A DNA stretch of 64,000 nucleotides, from positions 6,386,001 to 6,450,000 of the forward strand of contig OU015569.1 of assembly GCA_907165135.1 (NCBI GenBank). Direction: 5' to 3'. This document shows, in pieces, positions 26,101-37,900 of the stretch (its first letter is position 1; every line of letters begins with the position of its first letter). The translations under genes and the position numbers were made by a program. Origin of the DNA: Oikopleura dioica (Eukaryota; Animalia; Chordata). A model generated the notes under the pieces. It saw only the letters and a program-made list of their open reading frames with translations, searched no databases and was not told the origin of the DNA.

Positions 26101-28090
26101 ATCGATTATTCTTTAACGTTTGAAATACAGTCTACTCGCACAATTGGCCCTAATTTGGTTTGCGAATCCCTCAAAAAAGACCGAATTCTGCGGGTCCGAA
26201 TCGTTGCATAATTTTTCATTTTTCGTGAAAATCGCAAGAAGGGCCGAATTATGCGAGTCTAAATTGTGCGAGTCGACTGTACCTTTTTCTGTACGATAGT
26301 ATTTTCGCTGGAGCGAGAAGTCTGACAAAGACTCTTTGTTCTGCGCTGAAAAGGGATAAAGTAGTGATTAGATGGATGCCTCTCTCTCTCTTTGATTTTT
26401 TCGACCTATGATGTTAAAAACTATTATTATAATTTAAGCAATTTGCGATATGAATATTGTGCTATCATTTGTGACGCGTCGCCTCGGAATGCCTAGATTT
26501 CCCATAATGTTTCCACTTTTTTCATCATTATGAATTTAATTCCCACGACAAATGTCGAGTTAGGTTTAACTTTTATTTGCCGAGTTTTGACCATCTAGTA
26601 GGAAGTAGCTAACAAAGACAGTAACTCACCCGTGACCAAGCCAAAGACCCGTTACTGCTCTATGAATCGTTCTCAATTGGCAGCGTAATTCCTAAAGAAT
26701 TCCTTTGGTAAAGCAAAAGCGATAGTAAAGTGGGCGTATAAGAACTCGAAACTCACTTGCACCGTTTTCCACCCGAGTGAGTTCCAATATTCCTCTCACA
26801 ATAAAAGCTCTTATAAAATGTCTTGTCTATCTATTCGCGCTTATCCTCCAAATTGAGGTATAATTTCAGCCTCTCGCGGAGAGCAACTCTCGTCTGGGTC
26901 ACTGAGCTCGGACAAAGGCGATCGCCAAAGGCTGTGTCTGTCTCTGCCCTTGAGTTGTTGCTGCTCATCTCGTGACGGATTCTGTTTGAACGAGGATCAG
27001 CGCCGACAGATCTTAGGCTCTGGAGATGCGTGTTTTCTTCCGGGCTCTTGAGCAGCGGCCGCACCCTGATCCCACATCAATCATTCTGTGCCCGGCGCAC
27101 TCTTCTGAAACGATTCTTTGTTTTCTTTTCCTTTGAGCCTAGAATCATTGACTCTTTCGGAAGAGTCTTTCCTTCCTATTTTACAGAATTTGAGCGCCAT
27201 ATGTGCGTTGACACTTCAGTATTGGAAAATGCGAGTACCAGCAGAATTGCTGCGAGCAGATGGCGAAAATGGACAGATTGTCATGTCACGTTTCGGAAGT
27301 GCGTAATTAGCCCGAAATGCTTGTTTTAGGGCTCACTGTGGCAGTAATACAACTTCCCGGAATCCAATAAATTCTTCCTTATTTGACGGGGCAAACAGTG
27401 CATGAAGATAAATTGCAACTTGCAACTACTTGATCTACCTATCAGAAGAGTGTCTAAACAACAATTGAGTGATAGCGCCCATCCGGTACGCATGATCATT
27501 TCTACTTTACTCGGAATTATCGATCCGGAGCAAACACCAACTGGAAAAGAGAAAATATTTTTGTGCGATATAAAACCAACTTAGGGCCATGTTTATGATT
27601 CCAATTTCCAAATTTAACCATCTTCTTATCCATAAAAAACAGTAATTAGTATTTGCAATAGCGGAGCCAAATAATTGTCTCTAATATATCTGAGGCTGGC
27701 GACCGATGGCGACGGTGACACTTACGCCTGTCATAACGAGCGGCCGATTTATGAAAATTTGCGATTGATGTGGCCGACGATATCATTTTTAGGGTCCTAC
27801 CTCTTCTCTTCTCTGTCTTCTCTTCCACTATTCTCTGTAGATTAGCTGGCTCGACTTAAATTCTACGAATTGATCTTAATCGAAGTGTCACTTCTCACTT
27901 ATGTGCAAAACACCTGCTTTGCATTTATTCTCAATAAATTCGGCCCCCGTAAGCATGTGAGACTTTTCACAGGACTAAAACAAATACTTTGTTTTTCAAC
28001 ATTGTTCTATGAGATATTTTATTACTCAAAATCGAGCTACAGTCAGTCTGTTTTTGATTTCAAGGCATACAAGTTATAAATATTAGTCGT

Positions 28091-30485
28091 CTAATCGGCA
28101 TATTCAACATAAGCGAATGGGACGTATCCGCTGTCTTCTGTGAGCAGGTTTACTACTTTAACCCAGCCATCGCGAACGTCTTTAGCACGATGAAAATCTG
28201 CTACCCGTCTAGGGCAACTAAAGTCATTTATCTCATCGTTTCCTTTGTATTTGAAAAGCTCGGCGGTGCTTATACCGACATGCGCTCCTCTTTTAACAGA
28301 CCTGAACAACTAATGAGTTCTGACATTTCTTACTTATCAAAGTACATTGCACCCTGGAATCCACCTTCAAAGTCTAAACAAAGAATTAGCACACTGACTA
28401 AAACTATAGTAAACCTTGAATGATGATTGCTCTCTTGAAAGATCGACCATCTTTGAGAGTTATAAATTCTCCGGCGTTCTCGATTTGCTTCAGCCTTTCG
28501 TTCTGCTCTGCGCTGTTAAGGACACTCATAGAAACAGAAACTCGTCTCTCATCTTCTTGACCATCGGTACTCGGTGGAAGCTCGGGAAACTAGAATATTA
28601 AGTCTTATTAGGTAAATTTGAAGACTCATTTGAACCTTGAACTGTTCCAGATCTTCAATAGTGTTCAACGGCGTTGGGGGTGCCTCGTTTTTCTTTTGTT
28701 CCAAATTTTTGAACAAAATATTCGAATCAAGGTCTTTATCTATTTTGTGGAAGAATTCCGTCACTTCGGTGGTGTCATTGAGCACTTGCTGCAATGACCT
28801 CGTTTGACACTGGCTGAGAGAGAGCTCATAAATTAAAGCCTCAAAATTAGTTTGAAAGAGCAAGTCATCAAGAGAACACTTTTATAGGAGCCTTCCCTAA
28901 ACGCAACAAGATTTGTTTGCCAAGATTCAGTCAGTTGCTGGTGGACTTCAAATTCCTTTCGGCAGAATTCTGGAAGATCATTCTCATAGTAGTTTGCTTG
29001 GAGATTGTTATACGTTGCAATCTGATTATCGTGTTCAGCTTTAGCTCTTTCTTTAGGTCTCTTTTAACTTTCTAAAACGATAATTCATTTGAAAAAAGGC
29101 CCCTGTCCTTGCAACGAGAGCTTCCTTTACATCGACTGCTACCCTAAGACGATCTTCTCTCTTGATGTCATCTTCGCCAGTAGCCTAGGAAAACAGGTAT
29201 GTTTATCCCAAATTTATTTAAATCATCGTTTTACCGTAAATTTGCTGTATTCATCCTGAGCTTTGTCCAGTTCGATAGATTGCTTGTTAAACTCAGATTT
29301 TGCATGTTTTACGCGACTCAGTTGCTCCTTAAAATGAAAATGAACAACTTTATTGAGGCGAGTTTGTAAACCTTGAGTTCCTTTTTCGCATTTTTGTTTG
29401 ATTTTGAGATTTTCTTTAGTTGATCATGAGCATCTTCAAGTGACACGATGAATTTCTGTTCGACAGTTGACTTCATCGACAATGAACTCACCTCGTTGTT
29501 GTCCGCAACTTTCAGCAAATACTAAACAGATCATTTTGGTATTTGCTCAAAGTTCTCATTGAGAGTATTAACATGAGTCGAGAGTATAAAATACCATCGC
29601 CCTGTCAATAGCTGTTTGGGGACCACAACACTTCGCCCTCAAAACCACCGTATTGATCGAGACATAAAACCTGGAACAAGTTGATAATCGCCTCGTGCTT
29701 TGAATATTCGGCATGCGGCTGGCTATCCAACTCTTTGTGTAGCTTTTGGTAGTCCCGTAAGTGAGAGTTAGCTTTCCTAGGACTGTAACCACTAGTCTTT
29801 GAAATAAGGGGAATTAGTTTCACAATCCATTCCTATTTCGCCAATGCGCTTCGAATATTTATGTTGAGCTTGTGCTATTTCGGTGAAGAGATTTTTAACT
29901 ATCGAAGGCTTCAATGCTTGATCCGTAAATTATGATGAATCCCACATTCTTAATGTGGAGGAATCGACAACGAAGAGCCCATTTCCTGAACAGTCTTTGA
30001 ATCAAGATTTCCAACAGCATGCTCGAAGTCGTCCATCGATGCCCAATTCTCTCCCCAGTCGAACTCACCGGAAAACTTATTTCTGTCTATCGGAGGAAGA
30101 ATCGCCTGTTCATGAAACACGTCGTCGATAGTAGGAGCATCCTTGGGTTTCTACTTTCGGTTTTCGTATTTTCAAAATGTTGAATAACTAAATTCATGAA
30201 AAACTTCCTGTAGTACGTGTACGTCAATCACATCTTTTATCCTGAAAAATGTATAAAATCATTCGATCAAATATTAATGAAATCAAACCTCAAAAGTCCC
30301 CTTGGAAGCGAGGAAATTCCAGAGCGTTTGCTTGAAATAGAAAGATTGTCTCTTGAATGCGCTCTGCTCATAGAAGTGGAAATCGAAGTCGTTGCTTTGA
30401 TCGTCTTGTCGATGCTTCTATCAACGAAGTCATTGAACACACATTTCGCGACACTTAGTTTTTCTTTTATTTTTTTCTTGCTCAT
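28091..30485 (-). CDS. F-BAR plus SH3 protein, CIP4/FBP17/Toca-like; exon structure only partly resolved
   Basis: FDWGENWASMDDFEH and VKNLFTEIAQAQHKYSKRI resemble the start of an F-BAR domain. Helical charged exons follow. The C-terminus DGWVKVVNLLTEDSGYVPFAYVEY* is an SH3 tail. Confidence 0.7.
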
Positions 30486-31621
30486 CAGCTTCTTTCCTTT
30501 AGACTGATTTTGAGTTTGAAATAAAAAATACGACGTCGATTCTCTTTTATGATTTCAAACTGTGTCTCTGATGCCGTCCGGGAACTTCCCCCATTCGAAG
30601 ACATTTTTTAGCAAAACTTAAATCTCCAAACTTGAAATTTCTTTTACTTCCTTTCCGGTGGCATTCGCGTTTCACAAAGGAAATTCAAAATAACTGATCC
30701 ATCCTTATTTTGATAAATACTTTTATATTAAAATGAAGAATCGATGAATTTTGAACTCATGACTAGCAAAATGAAATTTCTGGAATAAGCCCAAAGGCCA
30801 GGAGGAACGAATCTAATAGTCGTACAGATGTTTCTTCAAAAACTTGCTTTTCCGAGCCTATTTCTACAGTGCGAGAAGTTCTGAAAGCTGGAATTGAAAA
30901 ATTAAAACCGGTCTCACGAGGGTACCCGATTCCAAGTGGGCGCAATTAAGCAACTCCGACTGACCAATTTAACTGAATAATGCACAGCTAACAGGATATG
31001 CTCGCGATTGCAAGTGAGGGCTCGAGAGAAAGTGTCCTCTAGTCAGAGAAATAACATGTGTCAGATTTAAGTTTGAAACTAAAAATTTCACCCGAAATTG
31101 AAATAATGAGTCTGACTTATCGAAAATTCTGCTTTTGCCGTTCCTGCAATATTGTACGCGTCAAGGAAAAATCTCCAAGGCGACCAGAAAAGGCTTTCTC
31201 TGTCATTCTTGATTTCGAATTATGAATGCATTTTATAGCCTGAAGTAGAGCTGCCAACTTCGCCAAACACTAGTAACTTGACACAGATAGCACTTCGAAT
31301 CACAAATTTCTCCTACATATCCCGTCGGGGCTCGACGAAAAGGTACGCCTTCAATAGTCTTCTCGTATTTTTGCTGGCTCTAGAACTCGCTCCTCTACAA
31401 ATACTCCCAACTCGCCAACACCTTCTGGCAACGATTCGAGCTCTTCACATGTTTCGTCAACTGCGGGTGTTCATATGTGATTAGTTCAGTTCAAATGCTA
31501 TTATAAAATAAAACTTTGAATCGATCATGGCATGGTGAATTAAATTTCCTGATTTTTAAAGGTCGGTCAAACTCACCCGTCTTTTATAGACAAGTGGTGA
31601 CAAACAAGCGCTAATTGCCCC

Positions 31622-33962
31622 ATGCAACTGATAATTTTGCTTATATCAACATTCGCCCATGCAGAACTTGCAATAGAGAGGGCTAACAACACTTTGAATA
31701 GCGACTAATTAGAGAAATTACACTTGAGATAGCCCGACATGGAAAAAAGTACTCTCTAAATTTCACTCTCCCGGAAAACATCTTAGAAAGCAATTCAACG
31801 AAGATACTTCCTGGCAATGTGGAGATTCTCTTCTACTCCAAAGTGCCTCAGAACTTGCTTTTTCTGAATTCTTCAAAGAATATCCGAATTTCGTCGGTTA
31901 GCATAAGCAAAAACTCAATCAATTGGAAGAGAAGGGGAAGCATACTCGAAATTCTCGTTTCAGGAGGACTAGTGCCATTTCTAAAAACTACACTATTGGT
32001 CTCTTTTGAGACAGAAATAGCGAAAGTTTCTGATGAAAAGCTTGTTCATCGAGATCTTGTTGGTATTTTTGAAGAAAATGTCATCGGAAGTGACTCGGCT
32101 AAGGATACAAGTGCAAAATTATTTATGCAAAAGTTGAATGCATGATCTATCCTTATTTCAGTTAGTATTGCCACATATTTGGAACCGAACCACGCATCAA
32201 GGTTCTTCCCCTGTTTTGACAGAAAAATCACCAAATCAGTTTTTGAATTGTTCGTCAAGAAAAGTTCTAAAGACACGACGGTCTTGTTCAACACTGAAGC
32301 GAAGGAAGAAGGAGATGATTTTGTGATTTTTTATCCGACTCCAAGGATGCCGCTCCATCTTCTTAGGTAAATTATCGACGCTAGATTAGCATAATAAAAG
32401 TTCAGTTTTGTCATTTTGAACAGCTCTGACTTTTCGTACCAATCATCCTCTACGAAGAGTTTATCTGTCTTATCGTCGAAAAGAAACATCGATAGCCTTC
32501 ACATTTCGATATTTGAGGAAGCATTGGATTTCTTTGAAAGCGTTTTCGAAGTCACGCACGCATGGGCCGCACATTCTCTTCGTTGCTTGGTCCTTGATGA
32601 ATTTTCGGCGGCTGCTGTTGAGTCGCCTGGCCTGATGATCTTCCGCGCTGATCAAATATTACTCGACCGGAATTCTTCTCTGCTGGATTTTGTGCGAGCT
32701 CTTACTACAATTGGCCATGAGATGGCACACCAGTGGTTCGGCAATACTGTTTCCATCGGCCAGTGGAGTGATCTTTGGCTCAACGAAGGATTCGCCACGT
32801 TTTTTAGTGACGAATTTCTTAAAAAATACATTGACGATGACATCGTTTCCGACCTGAGATGGACAAAAAGCTTTGTTCAGGCGCTGCAAAATGACCGAAA
32901 GTCAGCTACACATCCACTTTCTTTCGCCCCAGAAGATCCAAGAGCATTATTCGACAAAATTACATATTACAAATCTTCCTCTATTTTATATCAGTACAGA
33001 GATATTATTATGGAAAAATTACCAGCATATTTATCGATGTTTTACTCCTCCGCAGTATCAACAGATGCGTTTCTACGATTTATGGAGCTTCCAGAAGAAT
33101 ATTTCTATGATAAAGGACTGCCAAATATTGAATTGAAGATTTCATCCAGTGGAATCGTCATCGAAAAAACCACTGCTATCTTCAAAACGCTACCGGTTTG
33201 CTATCGGACAAAAGATGGACAAGAGGAAAACCTCTTTCTCAAAGCAGGGGATCAGCTTTTCATGCCCGAAAACAGCTTGTTCCCGAATTGCAATGGACGT
33301 TCATTCTACACTGTTTCCTTCGATAAACAACTTAACTCCGATATCCTCTCAGATATTGACGATCTCAACGAGCACGAACTCTCGTATTTGATTCTGATGC
33401 TGAACTTTGGCAAAAACTTGGAAGGCTTAATTGATATTTCAGATGCCGTGCTCAATCGTCGTAGATGGGTATCAACGAATGCTTTGATTGATGCGTATGA
33501 ACAGCTGTTTGCTAAAAATGGCATTCCTTTTGCGATACGAGCGTTTCTCGAAGATCTTATAGATCCCATGCTTGAAAGTTTATGTGGACAGAAGGGCAGT
33601 GACTTCAACGGGATTCTTTTGTTATCTGTGTATTTGAAATTATATCGCCGAGAGATGCTTTGCACTTCCTCAGCATTTTCTTCCTTGATTGCAGAAAAAA
33701 ATATTACGAAGTACGATCCTGTTCGCAGCGATTGTCATTTATGGAATCACCCAACAGAGCGATGGAAATTAGAGCATCTGAAAAGATACGGGGATCAACA
33801 GAATATTATTAGTTTTAACAACTAAAAGAAAAATGTTTAAGATCCTGAAAAAGTGAAGATCGGATCTGGTGTGCGCAGAAAATGAAATCTAACGAAATGT
33901 GGCATCACGACAACGCATATATATTCGAGAAGCTTCTTGCTGGTCGCGATTTCGACTATTGA
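31622..33962 (+). CDS. M1-family zinc aminopeptidase, probably secreted; 3' end uncertain
   Basis: Signal-like MQLIILLISTFAHA, then ATYLEPNHASRFFPCFD, AAVES in place of GAMEN, HEMAH-x18-E (GHEMAHQWFGN...LWLNEGFATFF) and the catalytic Tyr region FDKITYYK. Confidence 0.9.
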
Positions 33963-34640
33963 GCATTTATATTTATATTCCAACATAAAGACTTTTCCGT
34001 ATCTCTTTGTTTTGCCAACAGGCTTTATCCCATGCCGTAATCTCCATTTATTTACGCCTTTTCAAGCGCTCTTCTGGCATTTATTTTTGCCTCGTAGAAC
34101 TGCGTGTTCCGGAAACAAGCACTTGAAAAATCATTTTATTTCTGCCAAAAAGAAGCGATGAAAACACAAACAGCGCGTTTTAAATAATAGCTGGATGTTT
34201 ATTTACAGAAATACTGCGGCATAGAAAGGGAAACACTTGTGTTATGATTTTTTCGGTTGGTAGGGTCGTCTTATTTGATAATTTAAAAATAACATGTTCG
34301 CCAAAATTAGCCCAACAGAGTCAGTTTACTTTCAAGCGTCAGAATAAGGTAGAACTCGCCCAACGAGCAGTTCCGGGCTCAATTTTTTTCTTCACGAAAA
34401 AGCACAACCATCCGAAAGAATGAATATTTGTACAGTTTAACCTTGGATATTTTAAGTTTATCGTGTGATGACACTTAATGCGCAGCCGCTTCTCGTCGAT
34501 GGTCAATATTGTTCTGAATACTTTTTTAGTTGTTATAAATACCTGGCGGGCGAAGATTTTAATTGTAAATTTATTACAACGTCGATGATTGATTTGATTT
34601 TGTTGGTTGTGCGCGTGTGATTTGCAAGATTAGAGCATGC

Positions 34641-37600
34641 CTAGTTTAGGTAAGTGTGCGCGTTAAATTGCGGCGTTAGGATGGCTTGGCGATGGTGGAA
34701 AACCTTGAGGTGATAGATTTTGCGGCGGTTCTCGCGGCGCTTGAAAAAGTCGAGTTTCTTTTTCGGCGCGAGGTGCTGGGGCTGGTGGCTGCTCTCGCAG
34801 CTGTGCTCCGACACCGTCGAGCCAGCTTGGCTGTTCGAGCTTTTCGGAATCAAAGAGGAGTCGTCGTCAGAAATGGAAACGCCCGAGTCCGAATCTCCGG
34901 ACAATCTCGCTGATCGTACCAGCTAATAATCAAGAGTAATTAACCAGAATTACGAGAAATTAACATTTGTGAACTGAATATTCGATCGCTCAGATATTCC
35001 TACTGAATAAAAACAGAAGCTAGAAGTGCAGAAAAATCACTTTCAAACTTACTTTTTCCAACTCCTGCTGGCTGCGGCGATTGCGCCTTGTCCGTCGGTT
35101 CTTTACAATTATCTCATCAGCAACACTGAAAGAAAGATACAGTCGATTTTTCGGAAGAGAGAACTGTTACATGGTAACTGTTTGGGTAGAAAATGCCAGC
35201 GATTTAACGTTAAAATAGCTCCGGCCGAGTGATGTCGCTTTGATTTGCGGCAAAACAAGCGTTTTTTCAATGTTAAACGGTAATAGAATTTTCTCAGAAA
35301 GCGGAAAATATGCTTCTGACATCTGCAGGAAGACATGGACCCTTTCCCGGGGAGTAGTTGTTTCTGCGGGACAACGGCTAATTAACTTAGAGCATAGTGA
35401 GTGCTGCGAATATACTTAGTAACGAGCTCGAAAAGACCTTCTAACGTGAGAACATTTAAAAATGCTCTAACGCTAATCTGAAATTAGCGATTTGGATTTT
35501 CTTGGATCAAAAACTAAGTCCGCCGAAGCGAGCCAAACTTATTAGAAAATATTTTAATTACTTCAAGGGCCTTGCTACGTTTTCTGTTGGGTCAAAATAG
35601 CCAAAAAACAAGTTCAATTAATTAAGCACCTGAGTTGCAGCTTAAATAATTGTTGAAAGGTAAGTCATGCTTCCCGAAACAAGCCAAAATATAAAAGTAA
35701 TATCTTTCGATATGAGATGTTAGCGACAGATTTTGTACAATTCGGGCTTCTAGGAACAATCGGATAGGTCAATTCAGGAGGTGGTTTCAATTTTTGGATT
35801 TACAGTTTCATGTCGATCCAAGAAATTGACGTCCAAAGTTACTGTTTAAAAAAATAATGAAATCCAGACAGAAAACATTTCCTTTTGACATGTCTTATTC
35901 TTCCGAGAGGCCGCAGTTCTCTACCCTGTTACCCTTTTAGTGGACTTTGTTCAACACTTACACTGACTCTGGAGCTTGTTTGGGAGGACTTTCTTTAGTT
36001 GGTTGTGTAGGTAGTATCAGCTCACATTCGTCGCTGGCTTCGACGGGTCTCAAAGATCTAAGAGGTGCGTTCGTACTAAGCCAAACATGCTCCAAGACCT
36101 CTTTGGCTTCCGGTCGATTGCTAGAATTTATTATAATTTTGGCACAAGTTGACTTTCCATACTTTGGTCTCGCTTGGCAAAGCGAGGAAATCAAGTCGAT
36201 CGAGGCCTGGCTCTTGTCTTCCCATTCTTCGTCATCGAAGTCTAAGTCAACTCAAGTGCGGATTTTCACATCTTTCTAACTTAGCAATAACGGCATTGAA
36301 TTGCTCGATCCGCTCCTTGGCTCACGTTTAAGTAAGTATCTTGAATGTCTTCTCCGGCAAAAGGTGAGAGTCCCGTCAGCATGACATAAATAACACAGCC
36401 GAGCGACCAAATGTCGGCAGCAGGTGTTACCGGTGAATAATCCAATATTTCTGGAGCTGAAATTCCCATAAGTGTTCCCTTTCACTCATACATAATCGCC
36501 CTTTGCGCTTGTTCGCCGCCACGTGCGTCCCGAGTTCTCAAGCGGAAAAATATTCTCCCGACTGTGAACTTTTTCGCAAACTTGTATGCAAAACAAACTA
36601 GCAAAAGCAGATTTTAAATGATATGGCTACGCGCCCAGAGCTAATGAAAACGAACAGAGCCGTTCTGAACAACTGTCTTGAAGAACAGAAGACTGGTCAT
36701 TACACGGCGCTTCTTGCCACTTGAGTCCGATTTATGAATTTGGAGAAGAGCGCGGCGCTAAAATCGTAACCCCTTGACCCACTAGAACCACGGCGTAACC
36801 AGTTATGTTAATTCGGAAGAAGATTCCTCTGTTATCAAAAGAGCAGGGCTCTCAATAAAGTCCAGATTATTAAAAAATCGCGGTCGAAATCAAAAATAGA
36901 ATTACCAGTGTATTCAGGCGTGCCGGAAATCTCGCAAACCTTCTGTCCAGGTGGAATCTTTCGCGATAGTCCAAAATCAGCGAGACGACAGTTTCCATCG
37001 TCTGAGAGGAGAATATTCTGCGGTTTCAGATCCATGTGCACAATGTGCTTACTGTGAATAAAGGCTTCGTTGAGGTTTGCATCGCGTCTTTTTAAAATCA
37101 ATTCTCGAAAATTGCATTTTGGAATTTAACTTTTGCAAATTTAGACTCTCAAAGTCGATGATGCTGGTTGATTAAATCACTCACGATAAACTGTGTTTGG
37201 CGCAAGCTTGATTCCAGCAAATGAATGAGAAATGAGTTCTAACGCATCAATCGAGCTTACTGTACAGGTGGCTGGCTTCGAAAATTACGCCGCCACCTAA
37301 TGTGGTGAAGCGATAATTTAGTTTAACTGTGCAGCACGGGCGCCAATCCGGCACCGGCAGAGAATTCTTTCTTCAAATGCTCAACAGTGACAGCACGTAA
37401 AGAAGCTTCTGATTTCAATTTCACATGTATAAAAATAATCCCATGGTATTTGTAGACGTGGGCGTACACGTGAGCAACTGGCAATTGTTTTCAATGAAAT
37501 TAACTTATCGCGCAAACCCTTTCTAGTGCGGACGTAACCTGTCTAGTCGCTTCTTTTGCTTCGTCTTCCGTGAACGGGCATTTGCCGACGCAGTATTCAA

Positions 37601-37900
37601 AAATGTCCCCCCTCGTCGCGCTAAAGCAAGTCTCATTTATACTCTAGTTGCTTTTTCTTACAGTTCCATCACAATCACCATTTCTGAGCGGTGTCTGTAG
37701 AAGGCTTCCATTCCGATGATGTAGGGATGTACTCCCACTTCGCTGTGCAGTCTGGCTTCGCGCTCGACATCGCCGCGCTAGAATAATTCAGTCAGTTGAG
37801 TCCTTCAAATCAGACCCGAAGAGTTGAAGTCATCGCTTCCGAGTAGGTCTTGATAAAAAAATAGGTCGAGTCCCTTTTCAAAATTGCATTATCTAATCTC
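34641..37900 (-). CDS. STK17: STK17/DRAK-like Ser/Thr kinase with long C-terminal tail; N-terminal exons unresolved
   Basis: HPYII...[97 protein letters not shown]. Tail exons 35053-35125 and 34641-34922 splice in frame through GT-AG sites. Confidence 0.85.

Noticed and set aside
28190-28260. Apparent frame irregularity in the middle of the SH3 domain
   Set aside because: Cannot distinguish divergence, a small intron or an assembly error without reads.
36721-36733. TTGAGTCCGATTT matches 13 nt of the Oikopleura spliced-leader sequence as I remember it
   Set aside because: The flanks do not continue the leader and no donor or Sm site follows. A 13-nt match is compatible with chance, and my recall of the leader is unverified.
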